Source of the DNA: Batkoa obscura
Taxonomy: Eukaryota
Assembly: GCA_030770535.1 (NCBI GenBank)
Contig: JASVEC010000026.1
Coordinates: forward strand, 248,001 to 312,000
Direction: 5' to 3'
Length of the DNA: 64,000 bases
Of the stretch, positions 24,821 to 36,958 are shown one piece after another. Made by a program: the position numbers and the translations under genes. How positions within the stretch are numbered: position 1 is the stretch's first letter; each line of letters starts with the position of its first letter. A model generated the notes under the pieces. The model saw only the letters and a program-made list of their open reading frames with translations, searched no databases and had not been told where the DNA came from.

Positions 24821-27421
24821 ATTTTATATATTCTATATATCGATCTATGTAATAATCTATTTAATACTTATTTGATAAAATATGATAATTTATCAAAATT
24901 TTTAAATAATAAGGGACTCGAAATCCAAGTATTTAAATAGTTTTAATGGAATTTAAGTTGTACTTTTAAACGTGAAATAAATAGAAGTTAAGTTAATCTT
25001 CTCTTTGTAATGATTCTTTTTTCATATTTATTTTAACAGTATACTTTTTACTATCATTTTACTCTTTATTAGCATGACTATTTCTTATTTAAAATAGTTG
25101 CCACTTGATTCATAATAACTGCTTTAACGTTAAAATTTTGTTATCTAAAAATTCTCACCATATCAAATTCTCATTTTTTTAGCTTTGATAGAACATCAAT
25201 TATTATTCATTTTCAAAGCATCCAAAATTCATTTGATTTTCTAACTCATTTAAGTTAGTCTCGCTTCACTTGATTGGCTATTAAAATAACCGATCACATT
25301 TTTAAACGTTATTACTTTTTAATAACAGAAACTATGACTAAACTTTAATAAAAGATCTTATTAAAATATCTGAAATAGTAATTAATATAATATTATTAAT
25401 TTATATTGTTGAAAAATAAAAAATATCTTTATTACAAATTAAGATTTATTAAATTTTTAAAACTTGGATTAACTCTATATGAGAAATATATTATTTAATT
25501 ATTAAAATTAATTTTTTAATTTAATTTTTTAATTTATTATTAATAATAATATAATGAACTTATTTCATTATAACACTTTTTTAAGGTCGATCTATTCATT
25601 TTAGATTTTGTAATTTTATTTAATTCGACTCTAAATAAAACAGCTACTATTTTCTTTTAAAAGTATGAATGCTACCTGTAATAACTTATTTAAAAAGATA
25701 CTAAGTAATCCTGTTTTAAATCTATTTCAAACCTTTAAATTTTATAAACAGATGTTCTATAGTGCCTGAATTACATTTATAATTATATCTTTTCCTTGAA
25801 CGTTGATAACTACTTTGATTCTACCAAATTGGTAGCTTGGCCCGAGATTGTAAAAGACGTTACTACCAGTTAGTATAATTATGCCACATACTACCGTTTC
25901 TCTTTGGAAATTGAGTCTAGCTATCATATTTTACAGTAACATAGTTAATGCTTAACAAAAATTAAAATTAAAATTAAATAAAATGATTTTTATTATTCTA
26001 CAATAAAGCCAATCTATAATAAACTTAAGTAATGTAGCTTTTAGTAAGGCATTAATGACAATTAAAGGGTTTTTTGTTTAGTTATAGAATATCGGGATTA
26101 TTTAAAGATGTTGAATAAAACAGGTCAAAATTTGTAAGAATAGACCCATATAAACCACCGGCTTAGGTTTATGAGAAACATAAAATGATCCGGTTTCTTC
26201 TATTTTATTACTCTTTACTTTTAAAAAAAGAAAAAGTAGTTAAATATTTATTAAATAGCAGTTAATTACTGACTTTTATATCATGTATTAATATTATTTT
26301 ACCAACTTCCATTTTATTAAATTCACTTTTAGCCATATTAACGAAGATTTGAAATCTCAAATTAATTTTTATTGTTTTAGTTAATACCCTTACATTCAGA
26401 AGCATTTCCATTTTACGTAGATAATCATATCAATATAAGTGATCTTTAGAACCCTAAACGGATAACCGCCTTATGCATCTCTTTCCTCTGTTATTTTATC
26501 AACATCCTTCAGTTGAAAAATATTAAATATTCAAAGTTCATTGGTAGCCTACATCATGATAATAAATTGTATCCAACCATAAGTAATAAAATAAATGGGT
26601 GTCTTTACCTCCGTTTTAGGCCTAACTTCACCATGGTATTTCTGGTTTTTAATTTTGATTCAATATTATATAAATTCATTATCACTGTTATATTTTAATT
26701 AAAGACTAAAAGAATATTATTTAACTTTATATGTGTAATAGTGACTTTATTTACAATATATATTAGTTGATATTTATAAAAATTCAAAACTTTATCTTTA
26801 GTTGTACTAATAACTCTAATTTTTTATTTTATTTGTTTATTTTTACTTTATTATAGGCCATGTTGGTGTATCTTTTTTGTTTAAGAAATTTGCCAACAAT
26901 TTTCCCACTTAAGCACTTAAAAAAATAAAAAATAAAACCAAAAGATATTGTATAACATGTAAATGTCTTTTCTGTTTAATTACTTTGTTCACTTTTTAAG
27001 GAGCTTAAAATTTCAAAATAAAATCAGCTAGATCTTTGAAAAAAGTGGGCAGTACCAACATTTAAAAAAATACCCTTATTTAACAATGTTAATGTAATTA
27101 TTGTATAAAAGATTTTAAAGGATTAGTTTCAATTTTCCTACTTTAAAACCTCTTCTACGTTGATAAATTAAATTATTAAATTTGAAATGAAAATGTCTAT
27201 ACATCAGATAGTTTTTATCATCTAAACCAATCTGTGACAATAGTATATAATTAACATAGTTGATTATTGTAGCCCAAAGAAATGGAAAGGCTTTAATAAG
27301 AATAAAAGAGCAATTGATAAAATAAAACAAATATGCTAATGGCTTTACTAAGTAAAATGATAAGAAAGGCTTTCAGTATTTATGACTTTTAAAAAAACAT
27401 TTATGAAAACTAATAGGAGAT

Positions 27422-27519
27422 GAGGATGTTTTTTTGGTTTCATTACTTTTTCGATTTTTTAAGCGCTATTTTAGTGAAAAAACTGTTAGTAAAATTCTTA
27501 AACAAAAAAATATATCCCC
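27422..27519 (-). mobile_element. MITE family 1 copy, left arm of an inverted pair
   Basis: Flanks AGAT/ACAT. Confidence 0.9.
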
Positions 27520-27538
27520 ACATAGTACGCAAAGATAT

Positions 27539-27635
27539 GAGAATGTATTTTTTTGTTTAAGAATTTTACTAACAGTTTTTTCACTAAAATAGCGCTTAAA
27601 AAATCGAAAAAGTAATGAAACCAAAAAACACCCTC
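27539..27635 (+). mobile_element. MITE family 1 copy, right arm of an inverted pair
   Basis: TSD ATAT/ATAT; 19 bp from the previous copy. Confidence 0.9.
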
Positions 27636-28388
27636 ATATTTAGAAGTTTAATGTATAATAAAAACCAAATAAATACTGATTTATAAAACTACTTCGGATT
27701 GAATAATATAGGTAAATAAGTATATTTGTCATATCTTGTTGAAATTAAAAGTTGCAATTTCAATCTATTAATTATTAAACAACATACTATACTAATGTCG
27801 TATGTGATTCGAATACAGTCAGTAGTGTTTTTTGCCTTCCATTAATTGCTTTACAATGTCGGAAAATTTAAACACCATTGATATTATATTGAAGTTAACT
27901 GATTTTAAAACTACTAATTCTATTAAGGTTATATTTAAAGTCATAACACATTTCAAAAAGTTCTAAGTTAAAAAATTCCAACTTTGATATTTTGATCCAT
28001 ATAACATTGAATACTATATTATGACTTACTTCTTGACACCACTTATGGCTGTATTAGTTACTTCGAAAAAGCCTAGGCTTTCATCTTAAACAACATGAGC
28101 ACTTACAATAACTTTTAATAAACATTATCTTAAAAATTAAAACAAAAATTAAAACTTTTTAATTTTAATATTTTATTTCCTTATTTGTAATGTTACTAAT
28201 AAAAGGACCTTTCAAAGTAACCTGGAAAGTTTCAATATTAATAAAACTTTAAAGCTAAGTCTAATCAATTGAAATTTTTAAAAAATAAATCAACGAAAAA
28301 ATCGGCAAAAAGGTAAAATATTATTGGTTTAAAGGGATGACTTTTTTCAAAGAATATCTGAGCAATTAAATTAGTTAATCCAATCAAA

Positions 28389-28405
28389 GCGCGTCTTTTA
28401 CGCGT
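28389..28405. promoter_or_regulatory. Paired MCB-like boxes (GCGCGT / ACGCGT)
   Basis: Two CGCGT cores ~75-90 bp upstream of ATG 28479 in CpG-poor DNA, next to a CCAAT. Confidence 0.4.
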
Positions 28406-28478
28406 TAAAGGATAAGTAGAAGCCCAAATTCAATTTCATAATTGAAATTTTAAGTTTTGATTTTCTATTTATAATAAA

Positions 28479-30523
28479 ATGGCTACTTGGAGCCCAAAGG
28501 AAGATATCATTGATTTAATAGTAAAACAATAATAATTATAGTATCAAACCCAATTAATAATTAAATGCTTTAGGGGATATTAAAAGATAGAACCCTTCAC
28601 TCAGATTATGATGGAAATGTTTACGATTTGGATAGTAATAAAGAAGATAATTTGGTGGAAGAAAAAGATTCTAATGAGGATTCAAGGTAAAAAAAATAGT
28701 TCAATAACAAAATGAGGCTAACAAGAGAATAATTAGCGATAGTTTAGCAATGATTAGAAAAAGTAATGTGTTTGGTGAAGATATTAGTGAAAAAGAGAAA
28801 GAACTTATTGAACAGAGAGTATCTTTACAAAAGAAAAAAGTAAGCATTATAATTTGTTTTGTTTTATCCTATTAACTATAATATAGTTTCAAGAATTCGA
28901 AAGAAAAGAATTTGAGAAAAAATCCATAAAGATTCGAGCAGTTTATGATTTTTTACATGATAGTGAAATTAAAAAAGCATTAAAAGACAATTTTTACGAT
29001 GAGGTAATTTAGTATTGTAATCAATATTTAACCTTATAATCGTATTAGAGCGAAGTTATTGCTCAATTCTCCGAACCTGGTTATTTACAAAAAATTAGAA
29101 AATCTCTTGCTCAAGTGGAATCTAATGAGCACAAAGGTAGTCTTAGTTATTAAGATAAAGAAAATATCTAAATATTTCAATAGCATTTCTTACTCGAGAA
29201 CAGGCTGATGCTTATGATAATCTAATGGAAAAAAGATCCAAAAATAGCAATAAAAAGAGTAAAAATGAGGGGTGAATTTATTTTAGCCTAGATATCTATT
29301 AAATTACTAATAAGAAATGAAGCCCAAGTCATATTCATACAGTTGGTAGATTGGCTCTCGATAAAGCTTTAGAACAAATGAAAATCGATCCAAATGAAGC
29401 CATGAAAGGTTGGTCATTAGCTCGTATTAATGCTTACAAAAATTTAAAATCTAATCCCAATGTTTATTATTATCGTTTTAATGCTCCTGGTGAAGAACAA
29501 AGGACAGGTGCTTGGACTAAAGTAATATTATAAATTATTTTATATTTTTATATTTTTTATTAAACTATATTTTAGGAAGAACGTAAATTATTTTTTGATA
29601 GGTTAAAAGAAGTTGGTGCTAATGGTCAATGGGGTTTATTTTCAATGACTATTCCAGGTAGAGTTGGATATCAAGTAAGTTAATTAAGTCAATATTGTTA
29701 AACAGATTGATTTGATTATTTTAGTGTTCAAATTTTTATCGTCTACTTGTTAAAAATAAAGAAGTCAATGATCCAAATTATGTAGTTGAAAACGGAAAAG
29801 TAAGGTATTTATTTTCAACTAAACAAAAAGATGAAAGTGGAGAAGTACAAAAAGCATTTCGTTCTCATTCGAAGCATATTGTTAGGAACGGTAAGTTTAA
29901 TTTCTTTTTTGATTTATTTTATTATATCAATTCTATGATTATATTAGGTAATAGTGATCTTAATATTAAATCAAAATCACGTAAAAAGAGGGGAAAGAAA
30001 TCTAATAGTTCAGATGATGAATTAACTTCAGATGATGAATTTATCATGGATTATAAACCAAAAAGAACAGTATTTGAAAGGACCTTAAACAGAAGTAAAA
30101 TTAAAACAACTTCATCTAATGATGGTTCCAATACTAATAATGAAGATGATGCAATAGAAGATGATGATTTTGATCAACAAGAGGATTTTGATAATCCATT
30201 ACCTGGTTTTATTGATCCAATTACTTTAGATCAAGTAGTTCAACCTGCTATCTCTCCTTATGGTCATGTGATGGGGTAATTATTATTAATAATAATATTA
30301 TTGTTATTATTAGGTATTAATTATTATAGTTATGCTAATTGGGTACAATGTTTAACTTCAGAAGGTAGTAAAAATACCTGTCCGTTAACTAAACAACATT
30401 TAACTAAAAGAGATTTGGTTATACTTACTCTTGATAATATTCATGAGTATAGGTAAACTATTAATTAATATTATATTCATAAATTATTAATATTTTTTTA
30501 GAGATAAAATCGTAAATAAATAA
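28479..30523 (+). CDS. Intron-rich protein with a Myb/SANT-like domain and a C-terminal U-box/RING-like domain
   Basis: Spliced segments GAWTKEERKLFFDRLKEVGANGQWGLFSMTIPGRVGYQCSNFYR and FIDPITLDQVVQPAISPYGHVMGYANWVQCL...CPLTKQHLT; about 10 GT-AG introns. Confidence 0.8.
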
Positions 30524-30741
30524 TTTATTCCTAATACGATATAGCTTCATAATTAGCTATTAAATAAAAAGTTATATCTTAACTATATAAATACAAGTAT
30601 TGTCTAATTTAAATAATAATTGTAAACAGAATACTTTAAAAACAAAATTTATTAAATGTTAGTTTTACTATTATAAACTTATAAATTCAATAGTTAAATC
30701 ATAAGTTATTTTATTATACTATTTGGTCTAAAGATACTATT

Positions 30742-32167
30742 TTACTCATAAATCTTACTTACCACACCAGTACCAACTGTTTTACCACCTTCACGGATAG
30801 TAAATCTAAGACCTTCTTCAATAGCAATTTCATGAAGTAATTCAACATCCATTGTAACATTATCACCTGGCATAACCATTTTTTCATCAGCATCTTCAGT
30901 ACCTTCAGGATGACGAAGGATAGCAGTGACATCAGTAGTGCGTACAAATAATTGTGGACGATAATTATTAACGAAAGGAGTATGACGGCCACCTTCTTCT
31001 TTAGTAAGAATATAAAGTTGAGTTTGGAATTTAGTATGTGGTTTAATGGAACCTGGAGCACAAATAACTTGTCCACGGGATAATTGTTCACGTTTAACAC
31101 CACGGAGTAAAGCTCCCATATTATCTCCTGCCATACCCTTTTCTAAACTTTTATGGAACATTTCAATACCAGTTAATGTAGTTTTAAGGTGTTGTCCATA
31201 ACCAATGATTTCGACTTCAGAACCTTTAGTAACAGTTCCTCTTTCTACTCTACCAGTAGCAACAGTACCACGACCAGAAATAGAAAACACATCCTCAATT
31301 GGCATTAAAAATGGTTTATCAAGGTCACGCTCTGGGGTTGGAATAAAGGAATCAACAGCAGCCATTAATTTAGTAATAGCTTCTTTACCAATTTCATCAC
31401 TACGGCCTTCTAAAGCGCATAAAGCAGAACCTTGAACAATTGGAGTATTATCACCATCAAAACCATAATGAGATAAAAGTTCACGCATCTCCATTTCAAC
31501 TAATTCTAACATCTCTGGATCATCAATAGCGTCTACTTTATTAATAAATACAACTAAATTTTTAACACCAACTTGTTTAGCTAATAATAAATGTTCTCTA
31601 GTTTGTGGCATTTGACCATCAGTGGCTGAAACAACAATAATAGCTCCATCCATTTGAGCAGCACCAGTAATCATATTCTTAATATAATCAGCATGACCTG
31701 GACAATCAACATGAGCATAATGACGGTTATTGGTTTCATATTCAACATGAGCAGTTGAAATAGTAATACCACGAGCTTTTTCTTCAGGTGCTTTATCGAT
31801 TTCACTATAATCTCTGAATTTGGCTTGTCCAGCTTCAGCTAAACATTTAGTGATAGCAGCAGTTAATGTGGTTTTTCCATGATCGACATGACCAATGGTA
31901 CCAATGTTGACATGTGGTTTATCACGGTTGAAAACATCAGAATAAAAACGAACTAAGTTTTTAAATAAATATTTATTAGTAAATAAATAAAATAATAAAA
32001 AACTTACCAAAAGAGCTAGTTACTGAGGCATCTTTTACAAGAAGCTAGAAAATTTACTTTAATAAATTTAAACTTTAAAATTTAAATAATTTACTTACAT
32101 TCTTATAAGTTAAACCACGAGATACTGAAGTAAGTTTACTAAGTTGACGAACACCAGTTAAAATCAT
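30742..32167 (-). CDS. TUF1: Mitochondrial elongation factor Tu
   Basis: [25 protein letters not shown]. Presequence [22 protein letters not shown] lies on small 5' exons starting at 32167. Confidence 0.96.
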
Positions 32168-32864
32168 ATTGGATATACTGTTCTTTTTCTATTGATTTCA
32201 AAGATTCGATTTTTTTAAAAATTCTCAATTTGGTTAATCATTTTTAGGATCATTAAATGCGGATGTTTAATGGGATCTTTTGAGTTATCTTTGGGTTCTT
32301 ATTGGCTACCAGGGGATTTTAAACTTGACTAGAATTGCGAAATTTAACATTTATTAGAACACAATTAACAAATGGAATCATATAACTTCTTTAAGTTCAC
32401 AAAGTATAACTAACCTCTCTAAAAATGTAGAAGTTGACCTTGAGGGTCTCAAAAAACAATTAAAATATTACAATTTCTAGACTACAAAATAACTTATTTT
32501 GGACTGCCTTAGATAATGTGTTCAATGTTACATCTAATACTGATATTAAAACAAAAGGATATAACTTGATACGTTACAAAGAAGTATCAAAATTTAGAAT
32601 GGCAGTATCAGATAAAATTGAGTAATTAAATAAACAACGTAAAGATAAAGTGTTTCAAAAAAGAATCGGTCACTTGTACCATATTGCAAATAAAAACACA
32701 GTTAGCAGCAAACTTGATGGTCATGAAAGGAAAGGAAATTGTTAAAGAGGAAAGATACTCTCAGATAAGATTCGCAAATTAGAATATAAGCTCGGATTCA
32801 TTATATCATCTAATGAAGTTTAATAAATTTTAAATGAAGCTTATTTGCTATCAAAATTTAATAT

Positions 32865-32966
32865 GGGGAAGTATTTTTTTGTTTAAGAATTCTACTTATA
32901 GTCTTTCTACTCAAATAGCGCTTAAAAAAATGGAAAAAGTAATGAAACCAAAAAAAAAATACCCCC
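32865..32966 (+). mobile_element. MITE family 1 copy
   Basis: TSD ATAT/ATAT. Confidence 0.9.
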
Positions 32967-33657
32967 ATATGTTTTTTATCAATTTAACATTTTTAGTAGA
33001 ATTTTAGTAGTACCAATGAAAAAAAGTTTTATATATTATAGTTAGGATAAAAATTAAAATTAAATAAATAAAGGACTGAGATGTTTATTTGGTGCTGATA
33101 TATAATAATTCAAGGAGCATATTTATGTTAGGCATTGGGCTGCTTATAAATTCAACCAAGCCAACATCGGGATTTCACTTAGTTTATTATAATCTCTTTT
33201 TTTTATATTGAACGTAATAGGGCAAAAAGTAACAAAGGAGTGGTAGATTTAAAATAACATCTATATTTATATCTCTTAGACCAAAGCCCTCAATTTTAAT
33301 GATTTCAAAATCTGGAAAGAAAAATAAAAAGTAAAGGAATTCAGTAAGCGGAACATGAAAAGCTTCATCAATTGTAATTCAATTTATAAATTTACACTGA
33401 CAAAAATTGTACAACAATACGATTAGCTTTACTTTTATCTAAATCAATTTCTATTATAAAATTCTCAAGGGTACAACCCAGATCTTCTATATCAATATTC
33501 ATAATATTTGGTAATAGTGAAACATATTTATGTATCTCTTTTGATGAATGATCAATATAAACTACTTTTAATGTTGATAAACTAAAAAAGTTGTAATCAA
33601 ATCTGGTTTGGGTTTAAAAAATCAAAATCATTTAATTTAGTACACTGCTGCCTTTGG

Positions 33658-33702
33658 ATCATATGTAAAAATCTATCAAGTTGATAGATTTTTACATATG
33701 AT
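33658..33702. repeat. Perfect 22-bp inverted repeat with a 1-nt centre
   Basis: ATCATATGTAAAAATCTATCAA-G-TTGATAGATTTTTACATATGAT. Confidence 0.9.
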
Positions 33703-33851
33703 TTATACCTTTTATCAAACAGGTGTCCTTATTGTCTGTTCCAAAAAAATAATCATAAATATCAATCAGTTCAATACTTCCCAATTTTCTAAGATCACCA
33801 AACTATCTAATATCAAAATTATTATTCGTGAATGCTCTTTCGCCTAAATTA

Positions 33852-34051
33852 CACTATTTTCACTTATGTTTACACACTTACAAAAAAACATCTTGCAATA
33901 AAAAATTTGTATAATTTCATGTAAGCTCAAAGCTAAATTTTTCGCATCTATAAGTAAGGATGCATAAAGTTTTTTTCAATTAAATGGCAAATCTTTTATT
34001 GCAAAATGTTCATTTTTTCTTGTAAGTGTGTAAACATAAGTGAAAATAGTG
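33852..34051. mobile_element. 200-bp Tc1/mariner-type MITE
   Basis: Perfect TIR CACTATTTTCACTTATGTTTACACACTTACAA, flanked by TA on both sides, with imperfect subterminal extension. Confidence 0.88.
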
Positions 34052-34500
34052 TATATATAAACATCTTTACTAATTTTGGCAGTTAGATATTTATTCTATT
34101 ATAAATATTGAATACTAAATTAAACGTTTATTTATATAATTAAGTATATTTTTGTATATTTATAAATGTTTTATTTTAACTTTGTTTATAAAATTTTTAA
34201 ATTTATTATTTTCGTTTTCCTTATTTTTGCCATTTTTTACGAGTTATATTTAATAATTTTATTTATAATATCAGTTAAATGCTTATTTAAATAAATAAAG
34301 TTATTATAATATTATAATTCAAAAGTATTATGCTCTAATTAAAAATGCATTAAATAAAATAATATACAAAAATTTTACTAATAGTTTTTTTATTTAAATA
34401 ATGGTTAAATAATAATAAAAGTGACAAAATAATAAAAAACATTTCCATATTTGTATAAATCAATTTAAATAAAAGAGTTTTAAAATCAACTTAAACTTTT

Positions 34501-34962
34501 TGTGAAAATTGATACTCAGTGGTAGGAGTTAAAAGCAGTTCTTGGTTGATTAACTTGCCTTGAGTCGAACGGTCTTAGTTTATGTAACTAAGATAGACTT
34601 AACTTAATAGAAATAGTATGTAGTAAGCTACGAATTATGTAAAACAAATACAATGGAAGATACTACTATAAAATCTATATCGGATGTTGTCAGAAAGACT
34701 TAGTGACTTTATTAGTAGTACGATATCAGGAAGTAATTCAATTAAAAAGCCTCGAGTTATCATGTTGAAGAATCTCTTTTATACACCAATAAGTATGGAT
34801 ATTAAAAGGAGATAATATTCTTTGCAATATGAAGTTATAAATTCTCGCAGCAAATCAAAATAAGGGACTCTGGTTTGATTGTGTTTGAACTTGAGAACAC
34901 AACAATTTAAGTGATTGTTGTGTTATAATCAATCCGAGAGCTAAATAAAGCAATATTTCACA
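34501..34962 (+). mobile_element. TGT...ACA element copy A (solo-LTR or Ginger-like)
   Basis: TGTGAAAATTG...AATAAAGCAATATTTCACA; flanks CTTTT/CTTTT. Confidence 0.85.
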
Positions 34963-35137
34963 CTTTTAATAGCTTTGAATTGTTCAATAAAACAATACAA
35001 ACTATAAAAGCTAATTTTACAGTTTGTACCTCAGTTGTCTAAATAGTTATTATATGGGAATGTCCGAATTGGTTTCAGAATTTAATTCTTAATTAATTTA
35101 AATTTTGAGTTTTTAAATTTGCAAGTTTTTAATACAT

Positions 35138-35237
35138 GGGGGGTGTTTTTTTTGACTTCATTATTTTTTACACTTTTTAAGCGTTATTTCAGCAGAAAGA
35201 TTGTTAGTAAAATTCTTGAACAAAAAAATACATCCCC
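35138..35237 (-). mobile_element. MITE family 1 copy
   Basis: TSD ACAT/ACAT. Confidence 0.9.
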
Positions 35238-35610
35238 ACATGATTAGCTAAATTTAAAAAGCTTAAAATTAAATTAAAAAATTTAACTTAAGACTTATTT
35301 TAGTTATTTTATTTTTTTGATTGTATATTTTTTATTGTTTTTTATTAAAATAAAAATAAAACACAAGCTTTTATAGCTAAACTTTAAAATAAAATTTTTA
35401 GAAACTTTGATACAATAAGGCGAAGCATATTGTATAAACATTGTAATTTATTTACATTAATTTTAACAATTACTTATAATAATCCAGAGTTTATAGAATT
35501 TTATAATTAGAAAAGAAAAGTCATTAAAGTTTACTATTAATAATAATAAACTTAATCAAGCAATATATAAATTAATGCTTTAAGGGAAACAGGAAACAAA
35601 AACCAACAAG

Positions 35611-36037
35611 TGTGAAATATTGGTTTATTAGCTCTCGGATTGATTATAACACAACAATCACTTAAGTTGCTGTGTTCTCAAGTTCAAACACAATCAATTT
35701 AGAGTCTCTTATTTTGATTTGCTGTGAGAATCTCTAACTTCATATTGCAAAGAATATAGAAGAGATTCTTCAACATGATAACTCGAGGCTTTTTAATTGA
35801 ATTACTTCCTGATATCGTACTACTAATAAAGTCACTAAGTCTTTCTGACAACGTCTTATGTAGATTTCACAGTAGTGTTGTCTATTCTATTTGTTTTACA
35901 TAGTTCGTAACTTATTACGTATTATTCTTATTGATTTAAGTCTATCTTAGTTATATAAACTAAGACCGTTCGACTCAAGGCAAGTTAATCAACCAAGAAC
36001 TGCTTTTAACTCCTACCACTGAGTATCAATTTTCACA
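35611..36037 (-). mobile_element. TGT...ACA element copy B
   Basis: Reverse-complement homolog of copy A; flanks CAAG/CAAG. Confidence 0.85.
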
Positions 36038-36337
36038 CAAGTAACATTATTGTCAACTATAGCTTCAGTATATTCTTTTCATAAATGTAAAAGTTTTGGA
36101 TTTAATATAAATAAAAATCAATATAACTACTCAAAAATAATTAATAATAATAAAACATGAATATTACAACCTATTATTAAAAATACAAAAAAAAATAAAA
36201 ATAAGGAAAATAAAAATATTATACAGTATTTATTTAATAAGTTAATTATTTTATCAAGATCTAATTGAAAAAAAAAGACAATAATAATTATTTATCAGAT
36301 AATATATATATTAAATAAAAATACAAAAATAATATAT

Positions 36338-36435
36338 GGGGATGTATTTTGTTGTCTAAGAATTTTACTAACAATTATTCTACTCAAATAGCGCTTGAAA
36401 AATACAAAAGGTGATGAAACCAAAAAAACACCCTT
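36338..36435 (+). mobile_element. MITE family 1 copy
   Basis: TSD ATAT/ATAT. Confidence 0.9.
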
Positions 36436-36499
36436 ATATAGTAAATATTTTAATAATTTAAAAGATAAAGCAGTAATTAGGCTAACATTTTTTAAATAC

Positions 36500-36958
36500 T
36501 GTGAAAATTGATACTCAGTGGTAGGAGTTAAAAGCAGTTCTTGGTTGATTAACTTGCCTTGAGTCGAACGGTCTTAGTTTATATAACTAAGATAGACTTA
36601 AATCAATAAGAATAATACGTAATAAGTTACGAACTATGTAAAACAAATAGAATAGACAACACTACTGTGAAATCTACATAAGACGTTGTCAGAAAGACTT
36701 AGTGACTTTATTAGTAGTACGATATCAGGAAGTAATTCAATTAAAAAGCCTCGAGTTATCATGTTGAAGAATCTCTTCTATATTCTTTGCAATATGAAGT
36801 TAGAGATTCTCACAGCAAATCAAAACAAGGAACTTTGGATTGATTATACCACATGATTTACAGTCAAATTGATTATAAGACTACCACTAGCTTTGTAAAC
36901 AAGTTAAATGATTACTATCTTATAATTAATCCGAGAGCTGATAAACCAATATTTCACA
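36500..36958 (+). mobile_element. TGT...ACA element copy C
   Basis: First ~325 bp read as identical to copy B, with a different 3' tail; no matching TSD. Confidence 0.85.

Noticed and set aside
25560..26700. Coding-like relic on the minus strand (similar patches at 32340-32830, 40300-41460, 63000-63720)
   Set aside because: Stops in the frames I examined and no recognisable homology; needs BLASTx.
30742..32167. Bacterial contamination or HGT of tuf
   Set aside because: Spliced N-terminal mitochondrial presequence indicates the normal nuclear TUF1.
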